Shown: piece by piece, positions 26,555 through 35,348 of the stretch
Layout of the letters: the number at the start of each line of letters is the position of its first letter
Position numbering within the stretch: the first letter of the stretch is position 1
Assembly (NCBI GenBank): GCA_015064585.1
Contig: SVRY01000007.1
Location: forward strand, 1-64,000
Direction: 5' to 3'
Length of the DNA stretch: 64,000 nucleotides
From: Oscillospiraceae bacterium
GTDB lineage: Bacteria; Bacillota; Clostridia; Oscillospirales; CAG-272
Notes under the pieces: model-generated
Databases searched by the model: none
What the model was told of the DNA's origin: nothing
Seen by the model: only the letters and a program-made list of their open reading frames with translations
Program-made: the position numbers and the translations under genes

Positions 26555-26653
26555 TAGGGTATACGTGACTTTTTTAATTTTTTATAAAAACTGCCTACCA
26601 CCCGAACAGGTGATAGGCAGAATTTTTAATGAAATTTAAATATACTATTTAAA

Positions 26654-29600
26654 TCAGATGGTTGTTCTCTTCTTGAAAACAACTGCCAGTGCGACTGCTG
26701 CCACAGCAATTGCGATCGTAGCATAGATTGCTGCATCGCCGGACTGTGCAGGAGCGTCATTGGTGCTTGTGTGAGGAATCTTTTCGGGGGTAATTGCACC
26801 GTTTTTAATAAAGTCATCCTGACTGGATACATAAGCACCCTTTTCGGAAGTACCGGTGTACAGAAGATCCTCTCCGAAATAAATATCCATCTTCAAAGTA
26901 TACTTATGATTTTCCAGAGTAATACCATAGTGACCCAGTGCAAAACGGAAGAACCAGGTATCGTAGAATTCATTGCCGTTCACATCGAAGAAATACTTAT
27001 CAATGAAGTAGGTAATACCGGTATCTTCATCCGTAATGGTCAGCTTCATTGTGAAGTTTCCGTTTTTGAGGTTAGCAACAATATATGCATCATTGCTGGA
27101 AACATAGTTAGACAGCAAATAGGTAATGCCGCCGTAGTTTTCAATTCCGCCGAAAATAGGAGAAATCTGAATAGTCTCGGTAGCTGCAGGGCCGCTAGGT
27201 TTAACTTCAATTTCGGGAATTTCGGGGTTCATTTCTGCATTGCTCATAGGCACATAGTCAGCCGCCTTCAACGAGTCATTGTAAGCGGTGGCGCCAATCG
27301 CGGTCAACAATCCGGAAACAGTATCCCAGCCACCATATACAGTCTTCAGATTGTTGCTCTGATAGGTAGTACCCTGACCGATCGCAGTAACGGAAGAAGG
27401 AATGTACAGCGTTTTCAAAGCTGCATTGTAAGAGAATGCGTCTGCCTTAATGGTCTTTACGGTAGGCGCGATCTTTACAGTTTCCAGATTATCCAAATGG
27501 CAGAATGCAAATGAGCCAATAGTGGTGATACCTTCGCCTACAGCTACATTATAAATATCGGCAGCAGACGGCATCCAGGGACGCATTGCGAAGTTAGAAG
27601 AATTCCAATCGGGCATAGCGCCTTCACCGAAGATGAAGAGTGTACCGAGAGTACGGTCAACCGCCCAAGAAATCGTTTCGGTAAGCATACCGGATACAAA
27701 ACGATCCACTTCCGAACCAAATACTGCGGTATAAGTTGCTTCGCCGGTTACCTTAGGAATCGATGTCAGGGTTGACTTACCATCACTCCAACCGGTGAAT
27801 ACATAGTGCTTTTGAGGATTTTCGTGAGGCTTGGTGGGAATACCGTTAAATGCAGGAGTTTCGCCCAGCTTATATTCCTCGGTAGTTATATTTTCACCGA
27901 TTATCCAGTGAATCTTAAACTTACGATAGGTAACCGCACCGGAAAGTGCATCATTACCATCTTCCGCGTTAATCAGCGCGTACTTATCGGAAGTACCTGC
28001 ATAAATCAGCTTTTCGATCTTCGAAATACCGCTAAATGCATTTTCGTCAACGGTCTTCAGGCTTTCGGGAAGGATCAGCTCGGCAAGAGCAGTGTCTGCA
28101 AAGGCATTTTCACCGATTTTGGTAACGCCTTCCTTCAATTCTGCTTTGACAAGGTTAGCAGCACCGCAGAATGCATTCGCACCTACATAGGTGATGCCAG
28201 CACCTACATAAACGGTCATCAGATCGTTCATATATGCTGCCCAAGGAGCGGGATTTTCGTTGGTAAAGTCAGGCATTGCACCGGTGCCAAGAATGCGCAG
28301 AGAATTCAGCTGAGCATCCCAGGTCCATGTAATATCGGTGCCTTCAATAGTACCGTCAACTACGATATCGGTCTTGTCATCATAAACGATGTAGCAAGCG
28401 TAGGAAAGAACTTCTTCTTCCCACAGATCCACACCATTCATGATCTGATAGCCATCATACACGAACATCAGTGCACCCTGAGACATGGTGCCGTGGGTAT
28501 TGCTGTAGTTAGTAGAGGAATCGCTCAAAGTTCTGGCATTGGTAACACTGGGCACATGGATCATGGTGGCAGTAGTTCCCATATAGTCAAAGATATTCAG
28601 ATTTTCGTTGTATTTCTGAATGGAGTATTCGTAATGGCTGTGACCATTGAACCAAATAACGTTTTCATATTTGTCAAGCAACGCTCTGAATACCTTTTCA
28701 TCCTTGGTGTATTTGTTGTAGAATGCACCGTAGGTATATCCGCCGGGGTTGGTCATATCGCCTTCACCGTCGATGGATTCATAGTCGTCGTCGCCAAGAT
28801 ATGTATGGAAGAGCAGATAAACAGTCTTATCCTTATAGGTTTCGAACATTTCTTCCATCCACAGAAGCTGGCTGTCGGTAACCAGACAATCCTGGCTTGC
28901 AGTGTGACCGTCCCACTTCCACTGAGAAAGAGAAACAAACACATAGTCTTCAAGACCCGGATAGCTGTATGCGAAGTCAATGCCGTTGTCGGCAACATCC
29001 AGAACGCCTTCCATGGTGGCGTCGTAAACACCGTTGTTTACATAGGTACGCCAGTAGCCATCTTCGGCAAACATTTTGTCGGCACCAATACCGTAAACTT
29101 CATGGTTACCGCCGCAAGCGATCACGGGAATACTTACCTTGTTAACTGCAACTTGATACTTCTGGTAAGCTGCTTCTTCGGTGTACTTACTGAAGTCGCC
29201 GGTGGCAACTACCAGCTTAGAACCTGCCGCTTCATAGAAAGCAAGCGCGGTATCCACTGCGTAAATAGCATTATCCACACCGGTAGTAGCGTTAAAGAAG
29301 TATTCGTAGTGCAGGTCGGAGATAGCGCCGAAGGAGAATGCATATTCGTCAGCAGGCTGCAATTTTTCCGCAGGCAAAACTAATGTTTTAAGAACATTTT
29401 CCGCGCTGTCTACCACGATCAATGTTTCAGCGCCCTGAGGAATAGCAGTGAAAGCGAGCACTTTTTCGGCATAGCTTCCGCCGGTGGCGCTTGTTACATT
29501 AAATTTGACCAGTTCAGAATAAGTAAGAGTCTTTGTGCCTACGGTGGTGGTCAAAGGATTGCCATCCTTATCGCCCCATGTAATTTCAAAGTAACCGGGC

Positions 29601-31087
29601 TTATCTACCGTGAAGTAGATAGTACCGGCAGCAGAACCCTTAAGCTGATTGTTAAAACTGTAAGAAAGAGAAATATTATAGTCCACAGGAGCGCCGGGCA
29701 CAGGAGTCGGCATATATTCAGCACTGGTGGAAATATCATCCAGCGCAACAATATCCTTATAAGTTCCGTAGAATTTCAGAGTTTCGCCTTCATAAATTTC
29801 CATCTGAATATTGTAGTAGGAACCTGCGGTGGGGCAGAATCCGCTGTTTTTCAGAGGAATATCAAAGTATTTACCGTTGGAGCTATTGGGCTTGAGAGTA
29901 ACTTCGGGGAAGGTAGCAACCACGGTTTTGTCATCACCCAACAGTGAGAACACGGCTTTAATGGTATACATATCGTAGCTCTTACCCGCATCGATCTGCG
30001 CACGCAGCTCAGTAATGAAGGCAGATACCATGATAGAACCGCCGCTGTTTTTACGGATACCGTTCTTATACAGTTTGGTACCGGTATATTCATCTGTGGT
30101 TTCGGTGATCTGTACTGTCAGGGGAGTGGGCGCATAGTAGGCGCTTTCAGCAATAGCATCCTGGGCAGGAGTGCTCTTATAAGTGCCGTAAGTAACCAAC
30201 TTGCTTTCGCTGTCATAAATATTTACTTCAATATCGTAATATTCACCTGCGGTGGGGATGAAACCGCAGTCACCATTTCCGTCAGCCAAAGTCAGGTAGA
30301 AATAACCTGTTCCGTTTTCAGGAATAACTGTAACGGGATCAAAGGTACGAACAATATCGCCGTCCTTTCCGGAAAGCAAATTAAAGGTAAGCTTTGCAGT
30401 AAATTCAGAAGGCTTTGCGCCTGCGGTAACCAGTTCGCGCAGTTCAGTGATGTAGGGGCAGAAAGAGATCTGACCGGCACTGCGCTTGCGGATACCTTCA
30501 CCCTTGTAGCTGATATTGCCTTCATAACCGTCTTTGGTTTCGGTAATCTGGGGAGCACTTACCGGAACAGCGGTAGGAGCATAGTAGGTGGAGCTTGCAA
30601 TTGCAGAGGCGGCCATCATGCTGGTGTAGGTACCGTACATAACCCTAACACCCTTTTCGGTGGCGGTACGTCCGGTATAGATTTCGACATACACGTTGTA
30701 GTACTTGTTTGCTTCGGGGCAGAAGCCGCTGTTTCCTTTGGCGCCGTTTAAGTAAATGTCAAAATACTGACCGTTACTTGTGTTGATGGCAGCGGAAACC
30801 GTATCAAAAGTATATACTTCGGTTCCGTTTTCGCCGGAAAGCAGTGTGAACGTCATGTCGATGGTGTAATTGCTCACACTGGCACCGCCGTTAACGAGTT
30901 CACGAAGCGGAGAAATAAAGGGAGAAAACAGAATGGAACCGTCGGACTTCTTGCGAATTCCGCCGCTGTATCCACTGTTGTCTGTGATCTCGGTGGCTGA
31001 ATCAGCAAAAACGCCAATCGGAACCACGCTGAGAATCGTGGAAAGTGTCAGTGCAAGCACCAACATAAGTGTTGTGAATTTTTTCAT
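26654..31087 (-). CDS. Giant (1477 aa) cell-surface protein: signal peptide, three repeated ~130-aa domains, calcineurin-like metallophosphoesterase domain, BspA-type leucine-rich repeats, C-terminal TM anchor
   Basis: The signal peptide is MKKFTTLMLVLALTLSTILSVVPIGVFA. The repeats end in ...TYGTYKS..A.DAIAESAYYAPTP. The metallophosphatase motifs are GDFSKYT, ACGGNHEVYG and WFNGHSHYE. The LRR_5-like segment is GENAFADTALAELILPESLKTVDENAFSG. The anchor is AAIYATIAIAVAAVALAVVFKKRTTI. Confidence 0.8.
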   Translation of the reverse strand: MKKFTTLMLVLALTLSTILSVVPIGVFADSATEITDNSGYSGGIRKKSDGSILFSPFISPLRELVNGGASVSNYTIDMTFTLLSGENGTEVYTFDTVSAAINTSNGQYFDIYLNGAKGNSGFCPEANKYYNVYVEIYTGRTATEKGVRVMYGTYTSMMAASAIASSTYYAPTAVPVSAPQITETKDGYEGNISYKGEGIRKRSAGQISFCPYITELRELVTAGAKPSEFTAKLTFNLLSGKDGDIVRTFDPVTVIPENGTGYFYLTLADGNGDCGFIPTAGEYYDIEVNIYDSESKLVTYGTYKSTPAQDAIAESAYYAPTPLTVQITETTDEYTGTKLYKNGIRKNSGGSIMVSAFITELRAQIDAGKSYDMYTIKAVFSLLGDDKTVVATFPEVTLKPNSSNGKYFDIPLKNSGFCPTAGSYYNIQMEIYEGETLKFYGTYKDIVALDDISTSAEYMPTPVPGAPVDYNISLSYSFNNQLKGSAAGTIYFTVDKPGYFEITWGDKDGNPLTTTVGTKTLTYSELVKFNVTSATGGSYAEKVLAFTAIPQGAETLIVVDSAENVLKTLVLPAEKLQPADEYAFSFGAISDLHYEYFFNATTGVDNAIYAVDTALAFYEAAGSKLVVATGDFSKYTEEAAYQKYQVAVNKVSIPVIACGGNHEVYGIGADKMFAEDGYWRTYVNNGVYDATMEGVLDVADNGIDFAYSYPGLEDYVFVSLSQWKWDGHTASQDCLVTDSQLLWMEEMFETYKDKTVYLLFHTYLGDDDYESIDGEGDMTNPGGYTYGAFYNKYTKDEKVFRALLDKYENVIWFNGHSHYEYSIQKYNENLNIFDYMGTTATMIHVPSVTNARTLSDSSTNYSNTHGTMSQGALMFVYDGYQIMNGVDLWEEEVLSYACYIVYDDKTDIVVDGTIEGTDITWTWDAQLNSLRILGTGAMPDFTNENPAPWAAYMNDLMTVYVGAGITYVGANAFCGAANLVKAELKEGVTKIGENAFADTALAELILPESLKTVDENAFSGISKIEKLIYAGTSDKYALINAEDGNDALSGAVTYRKFKIHWIIGENITTEEYKLGETPAFNGIPTKPHENPQKHYVFTGWSDGKSTLTSIPKVTGEATYTAVFGSEVDRFVSGMLTETISWAVDRTLGTLFIFGEGAMPDWNSSNFAMRPWMPSAADIYNVAVGEGITTIGSFAFCHLDNLETVKIAPTVKTIKADAFSYNAALKTLYIPSSVTAIGQGTTYQSNNLKTVYGGWDTVSGLLTAIGATAYNDSLKAADYVPMSNAEMNPEIPEIEVKPSGPAATETIQISPIFGGIENYGGITYLLSNYVSSNDAYIVANLKNGNFTMKLTITDEDTGITYFIDKYFFDVNGNEFYDTWFFRFALGHYGITLENHKYTLKMDIYFGEDLLYTGTSEKGAYVSSQDDFIKNGAITPEKIPHTSTNDAPAQSGDAAIYATIAIAVAAVALAVVFKKRTTI

Positions 31088-31207
31088 AAAAAATCCATCC
31101 TTTCCATAAATATATGTTCATTATATCACATCATTTTTGAATTTTGTAAACAAATTATGAATAATTCGTTAATATTGTGAAATGTTCTTTACAAAATTTT
31201 TATCCCT

Positions 31208-31465
31208 CTATCCCTTCCTTGCCTCCACAAACCACCGTCCGTCCTCGTAAAAGAGGTGGCGTTCTTTGCCGCTGATCACAACGGTATAGCGAATACCTCT
31301 GCCGCCCACCTTTAAGGAAGCAGCGGGAGTGATATGCAAAATGCGGTCAATGGGATAGGAAGTTCCGTTTTCCCATATGATATATCGGGGACGCATGGAG
31401 CCGTCAGTGTTGACCAACAGTTCCATCGCAACGTATACTTTTTTATAATTCATAGTTATCCTCAC
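31208..31465 (-). CDS. Small protein (85 aa) translationally coupled to the Y-family polymerase gene (ATGA overlap); possible polymerase accessory factor
   Basis: The ATG at 31465-31463 overlaps the polymerase TGA at 31464-31462. There is no recognisable motif. Its position matches yolD/umuD-like partners of UmuC-like genes in Firmicutes. Confidence 0.45.
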   Translation of the reverse strand: MRITMNYKKVYVAMELLVNTDGSMRPRYIIWENGTSYPIDRILHITPAASLKVGGRGIRYTVVISGKERHLFYEDGRWFVEARKG

Positions 31466-32694
31466 CGTATCGCCGGGGGCAAACAGACCGGAGGGTGTTC
31501 ACCCGGCATTTTGGGATTATACAATAAACATGCATTGCGCAAGATTCGATCTCCAAATCGCGCTCGCAGCTGCTCCACCGTCAGATCCAGTCTTTCACGG
31601 CGTATCGGCGCATTTCCCATCGTAAAAATATCGAGTTGGCAGGGCGCATTTTCCGAAGCCAACTGGATCGCCGTAACCGAAACCGCGCGGACGGACTTTT
31701 TCCAATCATACCCTGCCCTAAACAGAGAAAATGCTTTTTCTGCAATCAAGTAAGGACTGTTTGTGGCAAACGGCAAGGAGCCCTGCCATTGCTTTGTACT
31801 CAGATCCTTATCTTTTGCCGAGATCGATACCCCTGTGGCTTTCTGTCCGTAACTGAATAACCGATGTCCTATCTCCTGGCAAAGCTCCAAAATCACGCGC
31901 CAAACCTCTTCATCATCGGTCAGATCCTCCAGGGTCGTGATGCCGTGCCCCACTGATTTTGCGGGAGGAAATGCATTTTCGGGAATCACCGGCGCGTCAT
32001 CCAGACCGTTTGCGTAATGCCATAATTGCAAACCGTGTTTACCGAAAATACGCACCAACGATTCTTTCGGGCGGCGCGCCAGTTCGCCAATGGTCTGAAT
32101 TCCCCAACTGTTCAGTTTCTTTGCGGTTGTATGCCCCACCCCTAGCAGCTCCGAAGCGGGTAAATGCCATATTTTTTCACGGAAACTATCTTCGGGAATA
32201 AAAGTTACCGCGTCCGGCTTTTTCATATCCGATCCAAGCTTGGCAAATACTTTGTTAAAGGATACCCCCACCGAAATAGTCAGTCCCAATTCATCTTTTA
32301 CAGTTTTGCGCAATTCATTTGCGATCTTATCCCCCGTGCCGATAAAGCGAATTCCGGCGGTCAGATCCAGCCAACATTCATCCATACCGAAAGGCTCCAC
32401 AAGCTCGGTGTATCTGCCGTAGATCTGCCTTGCCATGCGGGACATTTTAACATATTCGTCATAGTGCGGGGGAACAGCCAGCAGATCGCGGCATTTTTCC
32501 CTTGCCTGCCACAGCGGCTCGGCTGTTTTGACCCCGCATTTCTTGGCAAGCTCGTTTTTGGCAAGTACAATACCATGCCGCTCCTCCACATTGCCGCACA
32601 CCGCAATGGGACGGTTTTTCAGCGTAGGATCCAGCATGCACTCCACGCTTGCAAAAAAATTATTCATATCACAGTGTAAAATTGTGCGGCTCAT
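31462..32694 (-). CDS. Y-family DNA polymerase (UmuC/YqjW/DinB-like translesion polymerase)
   Basis: The hallmark N-terminus is ILHCDMNNFFASVE. Palm, fingers and little-finger regions follow. An AGAGGTGAG RBS precedes the ATG at 32694, which is preferred over the TTG in the track. Confidence 0.85.
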   Translation of the reverse strand: MSRTILHCDMNNFFASVECMLDPTLKNRPIAVCGNVEERHGIVLAKNELAKKCGVKTAEPLWQAREKCRDLLAVPPHYDEYVKMSRMARQIYGRYTELVEPFGMDECWLDLTAGIRFIGTGDKIANELRKTVKDELGLTISVGVSFNKVFAKLGSDMKKPDAVTFIPEDSFREKIWHLPASELLGVGHTTAKKLNSWGIQTIGELARRPKESLVRIFGKHGLQLWHYANGLDDAPVIPENAFPPAKSVGHGITTLEDLTDDEEVWRVILELCQEIGHRLFSYGQKATGVSISAKDKDLSTKQWQGSLPFATNSPYLIAEKAFSLFRAGYDWKKSVRAVSVTAIQLASENAPCQLDIFTMGNAPIRRERLDLTVEQLRARFGDRILRNACLLYNPKMPGEHPPVCLPPAIR

Positions 32695-32705
32695 ATGCTC
32701 ACCTC

Positions 32706-32810
32706 TTGACAAAATGAGTGCTTTATGGTATACTATAAACGCAACATTGGGTGTTTATAGTATACACTCATTTTTGCGTGTTGTCAATAGCAAAACGCAA
32801 TATTGAGTGT
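32706..32810 (+). promoter_or_regulatory. Divergent control region: promoter TTGACA (32706-32711)-17-TATACT (32729-32734) overlapping a perfect 12-bp inverted repeat, plus two direct-repeat operator-like sites
   Basis: The inverted repeat is TATACTATAAAC (32729-32740) / GTTTATAGTATA (32753-32764). The sites are AAACGCAACATTGGGTGT (32737-32754) and AAACGCAATATTGAGTGT (32793-32810). The second contains the palindromic core CAATATTG. Confidence 0.55.
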
Positions 32811-32835
32811 CTTTTAAGAAAGGAATTTTTGGAAA

Positions 32836-33248
32836 TGAGTTTTGGTAAGCGGCTAAAGGAAGCAAGAACTAAAGTGGGTTTACAGCAAAAGGAACTGGCA
32901 GAGCGCTCGGGCGTATCTCTGCGCACCATTCAGAACTGGGAAGGTGACAAACGCCGCCCTTCACATTTTGAGGCGGTTGCCGATGTGGCAAAGGTGCTTG
33001 GCGTTTCTTCTGCCGAACTGCTTAGTGAAAACGATGCCCGCGTAATCGAAGCCGCTGAAAAAGGCGGCGCCAAAGGAAAACGGGATGTGGAAGCCCTGAT
33101 CGCAGAGGTTTCGGGATTGTTTGCCGGCGGAGAACTGGACGAAGAAGAAAAGGAAGGCGTGATTGCCGCCTTGAATCAGGCATACTGGGAAGCACGGGAA
33201 AAGAATCGAAAATACACACCAAAAAAATATAAGGAGAGCGGGAAATGA
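32836..33248 (+). CDS. XRE-family HTH repressor (ImmR-like)
   Basis: An AAGGA RBS precedes it. The HTH is QKELAERSGVSLRTIQNWE. It overlaps the downstream metallopeptidase gene by ATGA. Confidence 0.75.
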
Positions 33249-33757
33249 ATAAGGTCCTGCCCCCTGCATTGCAGCGATCTTCATATCTTTTTCAAAAATA
33301 CCAAACCAGAGATCCCTTTGCCATTGCCGAGACACTTGGAATCCATGTGCGGTATTCGGATGCTTTCAAGCAGCTAAAAGGTATGTATACCGTGATTGCC
33401 CGCAACCGGTTTATCTTTTTAAATGCTAACAACAGCCCCCAAATGAATCGGATCGTATGTGCCCATGAGTTGGGACACGATCAGCTACACCGAGATGCCG
33501 CCAAGAGATCTCCCTTGCAGGAGTTTTCTCTGTTTGACTCTTCCTCAAAACAGGAATACGAAGCGAATCTCTTTGCCGCCGAACTGCTTTTATCCGATGA
33601 AGAGATGCTTTCTTACATTGCGTCGGGTAAAAATTGTACAGAAATTGCCGCTGTCACCGAAACGGATCCGAATCTGGTGGCATTAAAGGTGGATTGCCTC
33701 GTGGAAGCAGGCTATCCGCTGAATGCGCAAATTTACCAAAATCGATTTTTAAAATAG
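33245..33757 (+). CDS. ImmA/IrrE-family zinc metallopeptidase (HExxH)
   Basis: VCAHELGHDQLHRD is the HEXXH motif. Length is 170 aa. It is translationally coupled to the XRE gene. Confidence 0.75.
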   Translation: MNKVLPPALQRSSYLFQKYQTRDPFAIAETLGIHVRYSDAFKQLKGMYTVIARNRFIFLNANNSPQMNRIVCAHELGHDQLHRDAAKRSPLQEFSLFDSSSKQEYEANLFAAELLLSDEEMLSYIASGKNCTEIAAVTETDPNLVALKVDCLVEAGYPLNAQIYQNRFLK

Positions 33758-33800
33758 AAAACACAAGCCTCAAAAACCGGCTTGTGTTTTCTGTTTTTTT
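33757..33800. terminator. Bidirectional terminator GAAAACACAAGCC-TCAAAAAC-GGCTTGTGTTTTC plus a T-run
   Basis: A 13-bp inverted repeat followed by CTGTTTTTTT is read directly. Confidence 0.7.
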
Positions 33801-34298
33801 GCAATCAACTGTGTGCGATCCCGTAACCGTTTTTTTACTCCCATATATTCGCCGAATATGACCATACCGAGATAGATCAGATCAAACAGCCACATAGTTA
33901 TCAATTTATATATATCGGGAAAACCTTTTGTGGGCACTTCATATCGAATACTGTAAATCCATTTTCCGAGGCAAAAAGCAGGGCCTGTAGTATATTGCAA
34001 AGGAAAATAATATTGCATACAGCAATTGAATTACAAATGCAATTCCCATGGAAACGATTATCGCTTTTATGTTGATTTTACCGTCCTTATACCCCTTTTG
34101 CTTGGCATAAAAAAACATACCTGTACCGGTGGCAACGGTCATCACAATACACTGCACCAATATTTCGGCAAGAGAGCCGTTCTTGGCAACCGGACCGCTT
34201 ATATCCACGATCCAAAACAGCATACCGAGCCACAGACTTGCGAATAATGCAAAAAAATAAGCGCAGCCTTTCCCAAACAATTCTTTCATTTCTTTCAT
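33770..34298 (-). pseudogene. Third paralog of a small 4-TM membrane protein family, disrupted by a +1 frameshift near 34004-34007
   Basis: The N-terminal part is ORF 33939..34415 (AAGGAG RBS, ATG at 34298). The C-terminal part is ORF 33770..34018 in the +1 frame. Both align collinearly to paralogs 34318..34830 and 34842..35348; FPLQYTTGPAF matches FPMYTVGAGF. The frame switch lies in a TATTTTCC homopolymer. Confidence 0.5.
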
Positions 34299-34317
34299 AG
34301 ATCTCCTTTTTCGGTTT

Positions 34318-34830
34318 TTACGAAAGTAATTTCTTGCGGTCGCTAAGCCGCTTTTGTATGCCTTTCTTTTTGCCCAAAATGACAGCAAGCAGATAGACGC
34401 AATCGAAAACAGCAAGAAAAATCAGATACAGCCAAAACGGTGCCGATCCGTTTCCTGTTACCTCATGTCCTGTTTGTCTCCAAATGATATGGGTGATATT
34501 ATACGCCGTCCCTGTGGTGTATATGGCAAAGCCAAAACAAAATGCGTAGATAATATGTAAAATGAAAACAAAGCAGTATTTGGGCAGATCGTTTTTTTGA
34601 AACGGAAGATTGCTTTTGTATCCATCCGATCTTGCCAAAAGGAAGCATCCGCCAAAGGTGAAAATGAAGAATAGGATTGCCTGCAGGATATCCAAGATCA
34701 GTTCGTGCTTCCTTTCAATGAAAAAAGTGGCGATGAAAAATCCAAGTATTGTTATCAGCAAAGAAAGCCAAAGAATCCCGAAAAAACGCACAAAAGTGTA
34801 CCCGCTGTTTTTGATAAAATCTTTATTCAT
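34318..34830 (-). CDS. Small 4-TM membrane protein, paralog B; conserved basic C-terminal tail KKGIQKRLSDRKKLLS
   Basis: Hydrophobic segments and the tail motif are shared with 34842..35348. Confidence 0.6.
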   Translation of the reverse strand: MNKDFIKNSGYTFVRFFGILWLSLLITILGFFIATFFIERKHELILDILQAILFFIFTFGGCFLLARSDGYKSNLPFQKNDLPKYCFVFILHIIYAFCFGFAIYTTGTAYNITHIIWRQTGHEVTGNGSAPFWLYLIFLAVFDCVYLLAVILGKKKGIQKRLSDRKKLLS

Positions 34831-34841
34831 GGTGTCTCCTT

Positions 34842-35348
34842 TTACGTCGAAAGTAATTTATTCCGATCCTTGATTCTTTTTTTATATCCGAACTTTTGCC
34901 CTGCTGCAAGCGCCAAAAGGCAAATCGCAAAAGTCAAAAGCGTGCCTATAAAATAGTATAGATAGGGAACATCGGGGAACCAAGCTACTTCTTTTTCGCC
35001 CGCATATAATAAAAGTCCGAAATGAAAACCGGCGCCTACGGTGTACATGGGAAAACCGAGAATGCTTCCCAAAATGAGTTGAAGTATAAAAACAGGCAAA
35101 ACAGAGAGAAATGCTTCTTTAAAATTGTTTTTCTTTTGCTTATAGGCAATGTGCGCTGATTTTAAGCCGATCAAAAGGCACACGGTGAAAAGATACCAAA
35201 TGATTCCGGAAATCCGCACGGCAAGATAATTTTTGTACCCCACAGCCGATTCCACAAAGCCGTAGCCCACCACACCGAGTGCCAATCCTGCCATTACGGA
35301 CAGCAAATATTCGCCGGTGAATGTGAATTTACTTAAAAGTTTTTTCAT
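34842..35348 (-). CDS. Small 4-TM membrane protein, paralog A; C-terminal tail GYKKRIKDRNKLLST
   Basis: Same family as paralog B. It overlaps the upstream regulator gene by 4 bp. Confidence 0.6.
   Translation of the reverse strand: MKKLLSKFTFTGEYLLSVMAGLALGVVGYGFVESAVGYKNYLAVRISGIIWYLFTVCLLIGLKSAHIAYKQKKNNFKEAFLSVLPVFILQLILGSILGFPMYTVGAGFHFGLLLYAGEKEVAWFPDVPYLYYFIGTLLTFAICLLALAAGQKFGYKKRIKDRNKLLST

Noticed and set aside
26521-26560. Apparent shared 12-mer TATATCACATGG between the HTH/flotillin operon promoter (26521-26560) and the lipoprotein gene promoter (52783-52811), as a possible common operator
   Set aside because: The shared bases are essentially the extended -10 (TGnTATAAT/TATACT) plus flanking -35 consensus. 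Similarity outside the promoter hexamers breaks down, so it is most likely just sigma-A consensus.
32700-32835. LexA/Cheo box (GAAC-N4-GTTC) upstream of the Y-family polymerase
   Set aside because: No match to the Firmicutes SOS box was found by eye in the divergent region. The palindromes present are A/T-rich (TATACTATAAAC/GTTTATAGTATA, CAATATTG) and fit an XRE-type operator better.
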